A DNA stretch of 64,000 nt. It comes from a virus. The notes under the pieces were generated by a model that had not been told where the DNA came from, made no database searches, and saw nothing but the letters and a program-made list of their open reading frames with translations. Shown here in pieces: positions 28,763-37,775 of the stretch. The translations under genes and the position numbers were made by a program. The stretch lies in the IMG/VR virus record IMGVR_UViG_3300044979_000004, positions 25,200 to 89,199 of that record. The stretch is one strand, 5' to 3'. Positions within the stretch are counted from its first letter, which is position 1. The number at the start of each line of letters is the position of its first letter.

Positions 28763-29049
28763 TGATGATTGATCCTATCATATCACCTATAGTGTTGTAC
28801 GAAGCTATTAAATTCTGGCTACCTGTTAGTGCTTTCTTTTTCGGCATCTACAAAGGTTGGGACTGGGTAAAAAGCACGATTAACGAAATTAAAACCGATG
28901 TAAAGGAAATGAAGGCAAGCATCTTAGAGCAGCGACAAGACTTCAGATCATTCCTGCTCCCACTGTTTGCTGTCGCGCAAGGCCAAGCGGCTAAAGCTCA
29001 GCCTGTTAGAGCTAAGAGAACTAGAAAAACACCAATCAAGAAGAAGTAG
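28762..29049 (+). CDS. holin-like membrane protein
   Basis: One transmembrane segment, coiled coil and basic tail; TAATG coupling with tandem Met starts. Confidence 0.45.
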   Translation: MMIDPIISPIVLYEAIKFWLPVSAFFFGIYKGWDWVKSTINEIKTDVKEMKASILEQRQDFRSFLLPLFAVAQGQAAKAQPVRAKRTRKTPIKKK

Positions 29050-29052
29050 CCC

Positions 29053-29081
29053 TTGACAAATGGTTTGCCATTTGGTATAAT
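29053..29081 (+). promoter_or_regulatory. consensus sigma70 promoter, probably giving a leaderless mRNA
   Basis: TTGACA-17-TATAAT with ATG at 29090 and no SD sequence. Confidence 0.75.
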
Positions 29082-29089
29082 GGTTCCAT

Positions 29090-29791
29090 ATGGGACATAA
29101 GACAGGCCGTAAGGCTATAGACCTTGCTGGTCAATATTTTGAAAGATTGTGGGTGTTAAAGAGACACGGGACAAGAAATAACGGTAGACACGTTGTTTGG
29201 GAATGTTTGTGTCTATGTGGCAAGATTACCTACCAATATTCACAAAAGCTATTGCGTGGCAAGGTTAAAAGTTGCGGGTGCTTAAAAAAAGAAAAAGCAG
29301 CAGCAGGTATAAGCCCCAGGAAAAAAAGGCCATATGAACATCTATACAACAAGTTAGTGAAACGGGCTAAAGAGAGGGGTTACACGGTAAATTATTCCTA
29401 TTATTCGTACCTACAGCTAGTACACAGAAATAAATGGTGCCATTACTGCCACAAGAAACTACAGTTTAGTATAGTTAGTAGCAGTGGCGACAGACGCTTG
29501 AAGAACCAGGGCTACCAAGTTGACCGAAAGGATTCTAGTAGAGGCTATGAGGAGGGAAATTGCGTAGCGTGCTGCTTTAGGTGTAACTATGCAAAAGGTA
29601 ACACGTGTTCCCATGATGAGTGGCATGAAATGACTAGACCGTGGCGTGAAGGAATTTTGCCAATTGTGGAAGAGTCACTGGAACCGTCAGAGCCTCTAAA
29701 CGAAGCGACTGTCCGAGTCGGCAATTCGTTGATACATTCGTATGTGCCAGAAGATAAAGTCCGCAGAGACTATGAATACGAAGAAATCTAG
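29090..29791 (+). CDS. HNH-type homing endonuclease
   Basis: DLAGQ.F.RL.V, W.C.C.CG, SCGC, VDRKDSSRGY..GNCV.CC..CN..K. Confidence 0.85.
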   Translation: MGHKTGRKAIDLAGQYFERLWVLKRHGTRNNGRHVVWECLCLCGKITYQYSQKLLRGKVKSCGCLKKEKAAAGISPRKKRPYEHLYNKLVKRAKERGYTVNYSYYSYLQLVHRNKWCHYCHKKLQFSIVSSSGDRRLKNQGYQVDRKDSSRGYEEGNCVACCFRCNYAKGNTCSHDEWHEMTRPWREGILPIVEESLEPSEPLNEATVRVGNSLIHSYVPEDKVRRDYEYEEI

Positions 29792-29805
29792 TGTAGGAGA
29801 AAATT

Positions 29806-30054
29806 ATGGATAAGGCAATACCATTCGCAGAGAGGCCCGCAATACAGTTCATGTGTCTGCCCAAAAAAGAAGGCATTGAGGGAAAAATTGTGTTAAACCC
29901 GGACCAGGCTGGATTCGGGACGGTCATTTTGGAATTTGTTAATGTATCCGGGTGTGTGACGCCACAGAATAGAACTGTTTCTGTATATCCCACTCCCTCT
30001 GAGCTTTTTGAATTAAAAAAGACTCTTGATTTGTACTTCTCGGAAAAGACGTAA
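29806..30054 (+). CDS. hypothetical protein
   Basis: AGGAG RBS. Confidence 0.5.
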   Translation: MDKAIPFAERPAIQFMCLPKKEGIEGKIVLNPDQAGFGTVILEFVNVSGCVTPQNRTVSVYPTPSELFELKKTLDLYFSEKT

Positions 30055-30122
30055 ACGAGTCAGGGCGAGAGAGGAACATGCTGTATGATTACGAAAACGA
30101 AGAAATGTAGTATAGGAGGAAA

Positions 30123-30230
30123 ATGGTAACAGTTACTTTAACGGCGGCTGTAGTGAAATGGCTCATCGTGCTGTACGGAGTCAATGTAGTTTTGCTAGCA
30201 GCCAATTTGTACCTCAAGTTCAAGAAATAG
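30123..30230 (+). CDS. 35-aa single-pass membrane peptide
   Basis: AGGAGG RBS; MVTVTLTAAVVKWLIVLYGVNVVLLAANLYLKFKK. Confidence 0.55.
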   Translation: MVTVTLTAAVVKWLIVLYGVNVVLLAANLYLKFKK

Positions 30231-30233
30231 CGC

Positions 30234-30262
30234 TTGACAGGCTCCTGCAATTCTGATACAAT
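30234..30262 (+). promoter_or_regulatory. sigma70 promoter
   Basis: TTGACA-17-TACAAT. Confidence 0.7.
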
Positions 30263-30268
30263 GGTTTT

Positions 30269-30340
30269 GTAGATTGAACCGTGGTCATTTGTGCAGCTTT
30301 CCGGTTGAACACAAAAGTGAGGATAGGCGGTTCAATCTAC
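30269..30340 (+). ncRNA. rod-like RNA hairpin at the predicted transcript 5' end
   Basis: Perfect 13-bp closing stem GTAGATTGAACCG/CGGTTCAATCTAC; inner TTTGTG/CACAAA and CAGC/GTTG stems. Confidence 0.55.
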
Positions 30341-30655
30341 ACGAAGGAGAATGATGCTATTTGAGGATGATATTGGATACATGACGTTTCATTTCGACTC
30401 GGAAGGAGACCCTGTGGACTTGGAAATGTGTGCCAATGTGCCTGAGATTCTAAATGACCATCAAATGATGGAAAAAATTTCATCGTATCTAATCAGGAGA
30501 CTAAATGGAAATTCAGTACAGTCGCAAAACCAAGCTGATCGAAACAGCTTACCGTCTAGGTGAGTTTTTTACGACCAAGATTCAACACCTTCTAGTCACT
30601 TCTCAGTTACATGATTGGGACAAGGTAACAACTTCACAGAAGTAAATGGAGGCAG

Positions 30656-31960
30656 ATGGCAGACGTATCGTATACGCTGGAAGAAGTCATAAGCAATATG
30701 AAGTGGTTTATTGAGCATTACGGCAAAGCCACTCGAAAGGAATACAGAGCAGCCGAAGCCAAAGGCGCTCTCCCAGAAAGTGTCTGGGGAAAGCACTTCA
30801 AGAGTTTCACGGAATTTAAGGAAGCAGCCTCAGCGGAGATTCCAAAGGTGTCCTCCGAAGAAGAGAAGCACGAATTTAAGGACAATGTGTGGAACGTTCA
30901 TATTCCACAAACTTCGATTCGCACCCTTCCGGAACTGTTGGAACATTGTAAGGTAGACACATCGATCTGGCGCGTTGAGAGGTTCATCGTCAACAAGTGG
31001 GAGATGGGCGCTAAGAATGCAGACGGAGATGTAATTGTTACTCCTTTGTTTCAAGTGAAGGCTACGCTCGTTCAGAAGGATGAGGTCATAGCGGCTCGTA
31101 AAGAAATCGAAGACTTGAAGGAAGAGGCAAAGAAGTTCGCACATGAACCGTTTGATGTTGTGAAGCTAAGTCCTCTACAGTTCTCCGGCAATTCTTTAGA
31201 GATTCTTATACCTGACCTTCATGCCGGTAAGTTCGCCTGGGGCAAGGAAACAGGTCATCAGGATTATGATACACCCACAGCAATTCAAACGTATGAACGT
31301 GCGTTGGATAACATTTTATCGCAAGCTGCACACTATGTCATAGACGAGATTGTACTAGGTGTTGGCAACGATCTGTTGAACTCAGATGATTACAACAGTC
31401 AGACGACAAAGGGAACTCTAGTCAACAGTGACACGAGGTATCAGAAAACTTACAAAGCTGTGAGACAGATGATTGTACGTGCTGTTGAGAAGTGCCGCAC
31501 TTACACAAAGAAGGTAGTCGTAAAGGTAATCCCTGGTAACCATGATACACAGTCGATGTTTACCTTGGGAGATTCCTTGGAATGTTGGTTCCACAATTAC
31601 AAGGATGTGGAAATTGACAACGCCCCGACGCCTCACAAGTTCTACACATGGGGAAAAGTTCTTCTAGGCTTTACCCACGGGGACAAAGGAAAGAAGGCCG
31701 ATTACGGAATTTGGATGGCCACAGAGCGTCCAGAAGATTTCGGCAAGTCCAAGTTTCGTGAGATTCATATTGGGCATACACATGGGTTGAAGGTAGATGA
31801 AAAGTTCGGAGTTAGAGTGCGAACATTTGCAGCCCTCTGTCCGCCCGATGCTTGGCACTCTGCGGAACACTTTGTAGGAAACTTGAGACAGGCTGAGGCA
31901 ATTGTCTGGAACAAGGAAGCAGGACGAATTGCGGAGTTTATCCATACGGAGCTAGACTAA
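30656..31960 (+). CDS. calcineurin-like metallophosphoesterase
   Basis: DLH, GND, GNHD, HGD and GHTH motifs. Confidence 0.85.
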   Translation: MADVSYTLEEVISNMKWFIEHYGKATRKEYRAAEAKGALPESVWGKHFKSFTEFKEAASAEIPKVSSEEEKHEFKDNVWNVHIPQTSIRTLPELLEHCKVDTSIWRVERFIVNKWEMGAKNADGDVIVTPLFQVKATLVQKDEVIAARKEIEDLKEEAKKFAHEPFDVVKLSPLQFSGNSLEILIPDLHAGKFAWGKETGHQDYDTPTAIQTYERALDNILSQAAHYVIDEIVLGVGNDLLNSDDYNSQTTKGTLVNSDTRYQKTYKAVRQMIVRAVEKCRTYTKKVVVKVIPGNHDTQSMFTLGDSLECWFHNYKDVEIDNAPTPHKFYTWGKVLLGFTHGDKGKKADYGIWMATERPEDFGKSKFREIHIGHTHGLKVDEKFGVRVRTFAALCPPDAWHSAEHFVGNLRQAEAIVWNKEAGRIAEFIHTELD

Positions 31961-32145
31961 TGAGCTACAGTTTCCATACAGAAGAGGATTTATTTCCTTT
32001 GCAATATGCACGTCAGGGTGATATAGTCAAATTAGATGGACTCTGGTATCGTATCGAACGCAAGACGACTACAGCCGTTTCGTTGAGCCGGTATTATTGG
32101 TATCACCGACTCTGGGACCGGCTGACGAAAGGAAAGGAAGTATAA
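31960..32145 (+). CDS. small hypothetical protein
   Basis: TAATG coupling; resembles the next gene. Confidence 0.55.
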   Translation: MSYSFHTEEDLFPLQYARQGDIVKLDGLWYRIERKTTTAVSLSRYYWYHRLWDRLTKGKEV

Positions 32146-32360
32146 TGTTTTCACCCTTGGATTTGTTTCCATTGAAAGTGAACGCTACATTCCCGTTTGC
32201 CGATGTGAATGTAGGTGAGGTTTTCAGCATTGGAACCGAGCGATACAAACTTCTTAGCAGGAATGCGTGCAGCGTTCGCCTGCTCCAATGGTTCAGAATT
32301 TATGATTGGGCATTAGCAGCAATCGGGAGGAAAGTTGTCGAATCGTCAAGAAAGATTTAA
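32145..32360 (+). CDS. small hypothetical protein
   Basis: TAATG coupling; shares DLFPL with the previous gene. Confidence 0.55.
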   Translation: MFSPLDLFPLKVNATFPFADVNVGEVFSIGTERYKLLSRNACSVRLLQWFRIYDWALAAIGRKVVESSRKI

Positions 32361-32772
32361 CAGTCCATATCCAGACGGAGGCCCGCACGGTTTTGCGGTA
32401 GCTACCGGACAATTACAGTTGCAGCAACAGAAGCCGACAAAAGGCAAGTATCTGCCAACAGACCCGGCAGCAAGAAAGAAGATTCCATTGTTCTCTGGAC
32501 TCATGAAGTATTTTCCCGACGCGCTCGTAGCGGTAGCCAAGGTATCTCAGGCTGGAAATGATCAGCACAATCCGGGCGAAAAATTGCACTGGAGCAGAGA
32601 TAAATCTTCAGACCATGAAGACACTCTTATGCGTCATCTTTTGGAGTCCGGTGAAGTTGATGTGGACGGCCACAGGCATTCAGCTAAGATGGCGTGGCGT
32701 GCTCTAGCCACTCTTCAGTTAGAGATTGAAGCGGCGGAAGGTAAAGGAGAACAAAGTGCCAGCGAAAAGTAG
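32335..32772 (+). CDS. dATP/dGTP diphosphohydrolase-like protein (DUF5664-like)
   Basis: FPDAL.AVAKVS..GN..H...W......D.LMRHL...H...AWRAL. Confidence 0.7.
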   Translation: MSNRQERFNSPYPDGGPHGFAVATGQLQLQQQKPTKGKYLPTDPAARKKIPLFSGLMKYFPDALVAVAKVSQAGNDQHNPGEKLHWSRDKSSDHEDTLMRHLLESGEVDVDGHRHSAKMAWRALATLQLEIEAAEGKGEQSASEK

Positions 32773-32902
32773 AGCACAGGTCGGTTTCATCATGAGTAAC
32801 CCTGAGAAGTTTGGCGGGAAGAAGAAAGCTCTTAACGAGTGGGTGAAGCCCACAAAAGGGAAGAAACTTCCCAAGAAGGTAAAAAGTGGAAAAGGCAAGT
32901 AG
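32756..32902 (+). CDS. small basic protein (MPAKSRAQ...LPKKVK)
   Basis: AGGAG RBS, GTG start; common phage basic-peptide pattern. Confidence 0.55.
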   Translation: MPAKSRAQVGFIMSNPEKFGGKKKALNEWVKPTKGKKLPKKVKSGKGK

Positions 32903-33012
32903 TCAACCAAGAGCCAACAACGAGCAAGGTGGATGGTCGGTTTTTGAAAAGTGGGCAGGAATGAAGTGGTTCTCAAACGGACCCTTACTGCCGCCTTGTG
33001 AGGAGAAGGAAA

Positions 33013-33765
33013 ATGTCCCAATCACCAACGGAACTAGCAAAACTGGAAGCAAGCGCCCAAAGCGTCGTAAGTAACTCAACCTCGTGGATTTTGCAGCATG
33101 AGCGGTTGATCATCATTGTTTTAGTCCTGGCCTTGTTAGGATGGGGGACTGAGAAAGCGTTCGACCTTGTAGCGAGTCGCGATAAGCAGGCGGCTACACT
33201 GACCGCGCAGACCCTCGCGGCACAGCAACAGAAGGATCAGGAGTTGAGTCAAGCTGTAGCACAAACTACGGCCCAATATCAAGCCCTGGTACAGACGTTG
33301 ACACAACAGAACACACAGTTGGCTACGGCTGTATCCGCAAGAAACAAAGCGTTGACCGTTCAGCAAACTACTGACACCACGCTGACGCCATCGCAGCTAA
33401 CGGATAGATGGGCGAATTTAGCGAAAGTGGACTCCGGCAAAATCGCTGTGTCCGGAGATACGATTGTGGTTACCCCTGATGCGGCTTTGGATACAGTGCA
33501 GCAACTAGAACAAGTTCCAGTGTTGACGTTAAATCTTGAGGATGAAACTACTCAGCTAACCAACACCAAGAGTGAACTGGCAAGTGCAAATCAAGCTATC
33601 GGCCAACAGAAAGCAGATATCACCGGACTGACCGCGCAGATCGCAGATCAAAAGAAAGCTGACGCAACAGAGCTGGCTGCGGAAAAAGCGGCAGCTCGTA
33701 AGAGCAAGTTGAAGTGGTTTGGTGCAGGATTCGTAGCAGGATTCATTGCGGGGCACATATGGTAA
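33013..33765 (+). CDS. membrane-anchored coiled-coil protein (spanin-like candidate)
   Basis: N-terminal transmembrane segment, long coiled coil and hydrophobic C-terminus. Confidence 0.5.
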   Translation: MSQSPTELAKLEASAQSVVSNSTSWILQHERLIIIVLVLALLGWGTEKAFDLVASRDKQAATLTAQTLAAQQQKDQELSQAVAQTTAQYQALVQTLTQQNTQLATAVSARNKALTVQQTTDTTLTPSQLTDRWANLAKVDSGKIAVSGDTIVVTPDAALDTVQQLEQVPVLTLNLEDETTQLTNTKSELASANQAIGQQKADITGLTAQIADQKKADATELAAEKAAARKSKLKWFGAGFVAGFIAGHIW

Positions 33766-33910
33766 GTTCAAAACGCCATCTGTTTCCTTGGTATAAAATT
33801 GTTTGGAACCTCATTTGGGTTTTGCCTCTACTAATTAGCTTTAGCCTATTGTATATCTGTGTGCTATGTGCTCAGGGGCCTAGACGGGCAAATGAGGTAA
33901 AGAATTCAAT

Positions 33911-34099
33911 ATGGTAGAAATCAAGGCAACCATAGGACAATATGCCGATTATTTTGATACTGGAATGTGGTCTATGAAAGATGGGAACATGGTTGGACCA
34001 GAAGATTTGACTATGCGACAGTTAAGGGACTTTCTACTAGCAAGTGGTGGCTGTGTTTATCTTGGTAAGGATAATAGATTTCATTGGATACCAAAGTAG
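33911..34099 (+). CDS. 62-aa hypothetical protein with a capsid-like N-terminal peptide
   Basis: ATIGQYADY versus ATIGEYADY in the major capsid protein. Confidence 0.5.
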   Translation: MVEIKATIGQYADYFDTGMWSMKDGNMVGPEDLTMRQLRDFLLASGGCVYLGKDNRFHWIPK

Positions 34100-34107
34100 T
34101 TAAATGT

Positions 34108-34183
34108 GGGTTAGTAGCTCAATTGGGAGAGCATTCCCCTTGCACGGGAACGGTTGCAGGTTCGATGCCTGTCTGATCCACCA
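34108..34183 (+). tRNA. tRNA-Ala(UGC)
   Basis: Cloverleaf, G3-U70 pair, loop CT-TGC-AC, encoded CCA. Confidence 0.9.
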
Positions 34184-34308
34184 AAGTTACGAATGGTCGC
34201 CGCTGAGAGGGCACTCCGATGCGGCCTAAGACGAGCAAAGCGTCTGCCATTTCAGCGGCACGCCGGAACACTGTGATTTGCAGTCATAAGATTCGGCATG
34301 TCGTGTTT

Positions 34309-34383
34309 AGTCGCCTAGCTCAGAGGCAGAGCATCGCACCTACACTGCGAGGGTCGAGATTTCGAAATTCTCGGTGACTACCA
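34309..34383 (+). tRNA. tRNA-Val(UAC) with non-canonical C33
   Basis: Stem TCGCA/TGCGA, loop CC-TAC-AC, encoded CCA. Confidence 0.85.
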
Positions 34384-34436
34384 ATTTGGAACATAAACGT
34401 TCCATAACAGCCGTTAACGTAACATTTATGTTACAC

Positions 34437-34510
34437 TCGCAGTTCGTCCAACGGCAGGACAGCGGACTTTGACTCCGTGAATCAAAGTTCGAATCTTTGA
34501 CTGCGGGCCA
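34437..34510 (+). tRNA. tRNA-Gln(UUG)
   Basis: Loop CT-TTG-AC, GTTCGAATC T-arm, CCA. Confidence 0.9.
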
Positions 34511-34518
34511 TGTTTTAA

Positions 34519-34593
34519 GCGGGATTAGTGTTAGTGGTAGCAAGCTAGTCTTCCAAACTAGAAGGGTCAGTCCGAGTCTGACATTCCGCTCCA
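34519..34593 (+). tRNA. tRNA-Gly(UCC) with variant T-loop (TCCGAGT)
   Basis: GCG start, loop CT-TCC-AA, U discriminator, CCA. Confidence 0.85.
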
Positions 34594-34604
34594 ATTCAGA
34601 TTTC

Positions 34605-34680
34605 GCCTCTGTAGTTCAGTTGGTAGAGCATCGGTTTTGTAAACCGAATGTCGCCCGTTCGATCCGGGCCGGAGGCTCCA
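34605..34680 (+). tRNA. tRNA-Thr(UGU)
   Basis: Loop TT-TGT-AA, CCA. Confidence 0.9.
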
Positions 34681-34689
34681 GTTTCACAC

Positions 34690-34765
34690 AGGTTCATGGT
34701 CTAACGGCTATGATGCGCGTCTCCAAAACGCTGCGGTTACGGTTCGAATCCGTATGAGCCTGCCA
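34690..34765 (+). tRNA. tRNA-Trp(CCA)
   Basis: Loop CT-CCA-AA, GGTTCGAATCC, CCA. Confidence 0.85.
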
Positions 34766-34781
34766 AAAGATTAGGAGGAAC

Positions 34782-35402
34782 ATGCAACCAGTAATTATTG
34801 ATCTATCCCATTACAACGGAGTGGTAGACTTCAACAAGGTAAAAGCAGACGGAATCGAAGCTGTGATCCTCAAGGCAACCCAGGGAACGTCTATGACAGA
34901 TTCCAAGCTAGCCTCAAATGCTTTGGCGGCGAGAGCGGCTGGCTTGCTGATTGGAGCATATCACTACGGAGTGGCCGGTGACCCAGAAGCCCAGGCGGAA
35001 TACTTTTTGTCAGCTATCGCGCAAATTGATACAGTTGATACATTCCTTGCTGTCCTAGACTTTGAACGTGGTACATCTAATATGAGTCTAGCCGATGCCA
35101 AGACATTTCTCGACACGGTTCAGGGGAAGATGGGAGTTGTCCCAACTCTCTACACAGGCGAATACCTAAAGAGCTTCGGCAAGCAGTCAACCCTTCTCGG
35201 ATACCCCCTCTGGTTGTCAGAATACGGCCCTCAGGCTAAGCTGCCTGCCGGTTTTGACACTTGGACCTTCTGGCAGTTTACGAACGGCGTTGTAGGCCCT
35301 CTACCGCACACTATTAACGGCGTTACGGGCATTGTTGACATCAGTTATTTCAACGGCACGGTAGACGAACTCAAGGCGTTTTGGGCAGCACACTCTTCAT
35401 AG
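34782..35402 (+). CDS. GH25 lysozyme (endolysin)
   Basis: IDLSHYNG, KATQG, GAYHY, LDFE, WQFT, VDIS motifs. Confidence 0.92.
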   Translation: MQPVIIDLSHYNGVVDFNKVKADGIEAVILKATQGTSMTDSKLASNALAARAAGLLIGAYHYGVAGDPEAQAEYFLSAIAQIDTVDTFLAVLDFERGTSNMSLADAKTFLDTVQGKMGVVPTLYTGEYLKSFGKQSTLLGYPLWLSEYGPQAKLPAGFDTWTFWQFTNGVVGPLPHTINGVTGIVDISYFNGTVDELKAFWAAHSS

Positions 35403-35423
35403 TCTCACTAGGCGGTAACATTT

Positions 35424-35467
35424 AACCCCAGTCCTCTGATAAAGGATTGGGGTTTCTTGTCTTTTTG
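35424..35467 (+). terminator. intrinsic terminator after the endolysin
   Basis: AACCCCAGTCCT/AGGATTGGGGTT stem followed by a T-rich tract. Confidence 0.7.
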
Positions 35468-35510
35468 GTAACACATAGTAAACAATACGGGGAAACAATT
35501 GAAACATAAA

Positions 35511-37145
35511 ATGTCAACGTTCGCAAGAACGATCACTGAACAAAAATACTCAGACACCAAGCCAGATGGAAGTAAAGAGACTTGGGCAGATATCGCACAC
35601 AGAGTTGCTACTAACGTACTGAAATCAATCAACGCACCACAGGAACAGATAGATATAACTGAAAGACTTATTTTAGAGAGGAAGTTTATCCCAGGAGGAC
35701 GGTATTTGTATGCGTCCGGCAGACCATTCCATCAGGTTCAGAATTGCTTGCTGATGAGAGCGGAGGATAGCAGGGAAGGATGGGCAGACCATCTCCACAA
35801 GTGCGCCATGGCTCTTATGACAGGCGCAGGCATCGGAATCACTTACGGCCTTGTACGGCCTCGTGGTGCGGTAATTAAACGCACAGGTGGACTAGCTACC
35901 GGGCCTATCGCCCTCATGCAGATTACAAACGAGTGTGGACGCGGGATCATGCAAGGCGGCAGTCGTCGCTCGGCAATCTGGGCCGGACTTCCCTGGTGGC
36001 ATAAAGACGTTATGGAGTTTATCGGACTGAAGAACTGGTCACCGGAAGTACGGGCACTTAAGGCTAAGGACTTCAATTTCCCGGCCACAATGGATATGAC
36101 GAACATATCGGTTCAGCTAGACGATGAGTTTTTCAAAGCGTATCACGATACGCAGCATGACAAGCATCAATGGGCCTCGGACGTGTACTGGGCTGTTGTC
36201 CAACAAATGCTTAAAACCGCAGAACCAGGATTCAGCATTGACTGCGGAAAGAATGCTGGTGAAGATTTAAGGAACGCTTGTACTGAGGTTACTAGTTATG
36301 ATGATTCCGATATTTGTAACCTTGGTAGTATTAATATGGCTAACATCTCGTCATTGGAGGAAATGAACGAGGCAACTAAGTATGGAACTGAATTCCTGCT
36401 AGCCGGTACATTGTACAGCGACATTCCATATGACAAGGTAGGGGAGATTCGGGAGAAGAACCGCCGCCTCGGATTAGGCTTGATGGGACTGCACGAATGG
36501 TTATTGAAGAAAGGATATGACTATGCCGGAAACGAAGAACTTGAGACGTATCTTAACGTCTATACGCAGAGCGGCATTATCGCGAATGCCCTGGCGGACA
36601 AACTTGGTATCAGCAGGCCAGTTAAAACACGAGCCATCGCTCCAACCGGAACAATTGGAATTATTGCGGAAACTACTACGGGAATGGAGCCGATCTTCTG
36701 CGTAGCTCTTAAGAGACGATATCTGGACGGGAACGTGTGGAAATATCAGTACGTCATCGACCCCACAGCCAAGCGCCTGATTGAGAGTGGTGTTGATCCG
36801 GACACTATTGAGGATGCCTACACCTTAGCCAAGAACGTTGAAAAGCGTGTAGCGTTCCAAGCATGGCTACAGAAATTCGTAGACCACTCGATTAGCAGTA
36901 CGATTAACTTACCGGCATGGGGAACCGAGTACAATAACGAAAGCACTGTGCAAAGTTTTGGGGACATGCTGATCAAATACCTGCCCGATCTTAGAGGGAT
37001 AACGTGCTACCCTGATGGCGCAAGAGGCGGACAGCCACTCACGCCGGTCAAGTACGCGACGGCAATGAAACACGAGGGAGAGATTTTTATAGAGGCAATG
37101 GATATTTGTGAATTAAGCAAGGGCGGGGGTGCATGTGGTTCGTGA
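35511..37145 (+). CDS. nrdJ: class II (adenosylcobalamin-dependent) ribonucleotide reductase
   Basis: PGGR, NC, NACTE (NPCxE variant), CNLGSIN, RRLGLG, APTGT, C-terminal Cys pair; no small-subunit gene nearby. Confidence 0.85.
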   Translation: MSTFARTITEQKYSDTKPDGSKETWADIAHRVATNVLKSINAPQEQIDITERLILERKFIPGGRYLYASGRPFHQVQNCLLMRAEDSREGWADHLHKCAMALMTGAGIGITYGLVRPRGAVIKRTGGLATGPIALMQITNECGRGIMQGGSRRSAIWAGLPWWHKDVMEFIGLKNWSPEVRALKAKDFNFPATMDMTNISVQLDDEFFKAYHDTQHDKHQWASDVYWAVVQQMLKTAEPGFSIDCGKNAGEDLRNACTEVTSYDDSDICNLGSINMANISSLEEMNEATKYGTEFLLAGTLYSDIPYDKVGEIREKNRRLGLGLMGLHEWLLKKGYDYAGNEELETYLNVYTQSGIIANALADKLGISRPVKTRAIAPTGTIGIIAETTTGMEPIFCVALKRRYLDGNVWKYQYVIDPTAKRLIESGVDPDTIEDAYTLAKNVEKRVAFQAWLQKFVDHSISSTINLPAWGTEYNNESTVQSFGDMLIKYLPDLRGITCYPDGARGGQPLTPVKYATAMKHEGEIFIEAMDICELSKGGGACGS

Positions 37146-37707
37146 GTGCTTGGTACAAAATTGTGAAAAGGCACACAAATCTCGTGGGCTTTGTGCAACA
37201 CATTACGAGCACTGGTACAGACATGGAAGATACGTTCATTTAGTGCTTCCTAAGACCGTCCGTAAAGTATGTAGTATAGAAGGGTGCTATCAGCTAGCAG
37301 ACGCTAAAACCATGTGTCCACCACATTACCGAAGATGGAGGCGTGACCAAGGCCTAGATCAGAAACAGACTAAAGAGTATGCTGCTAAATTTCAACGAAC
37401 TTTACAAGGCAGGTGGACAGCACTTAAGCAAGCAGCAAAGAATAAAGATTTAGGATTCAACATCACAAAGGAGCAGCATCGATATTTGCTATCTCTTCCT
37501 TGCGAGTATTGTAAGGAATCTCTTAATGAAACAGGACACGCTTTAGATAGAAAAGATAGTACTGTTGGCTATCTTTTCACAAATGTAGTCCCGTGCTGCT
37601 ATAATTGCAATAAGATTAAAAATGACATACTAACTTACGAAGAAATGTTAGCCGCCATGGAAGCAGTTTTAGAAGTTAGAGCAAAGAATAACCCCTCCAA
37701 AACATAG
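37129..37707 (+). CDS. HNH-type homing endonuclease
   Basis: Two C..GLC..HY Zn modules; LDRKDS..GY...NVVPCC..CN..K. Confidence 0.85.
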   Translation: MHVVRECLVQNCEKAHKSRGLCATHYEHWYRHGRYVHLVLPKTVRKVCSIEGCYQLADAKTMCPPHYRRWRRDQGLDQKQTKEYAAKFQRTLQGRWTALKQAAKNKDLGFNITKEQHRYLLSLPCEYCKESLNETGHALDRKDSTVGYLFTNVVPCCYNCNKIKNDILTYEEMLAAMEAVLEVRAKNNPSKT

Positions 37708-37743
37708 AAGGGGTATTTGAGAGTTGTGGAAGTTAGGAATAAG

Positions 37744-37775
37744 AGGCCGGGTTAAACCCCGGCCTTATCTTTCTT
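37744..37775. terminator. hairpin terminator at the convergence of the two genome arms
   Basis: AGGCCGGG/CCCGGCCT stem between convergent genes. Confidence 0.6.

Noticed and set aside
32335-32772. 2-aminoadenine (Z) genome pathway
   Set aside because: No PurZ or phage DNA polymerase is visible in the window; the hydrolase alone is insufficient evidence.
34190-34306. Hammerhead or pistol ribozyme
   Set aside because: CTGAGAG does not match the CUGANGA core and the pistol linkers could not be placed; kept only as an unassigned structure.
34340-34757. ORFs 34340..34594 (-) and 34497..34757 (+)
   Set aside because: They overlap well-formed tRNA genes.
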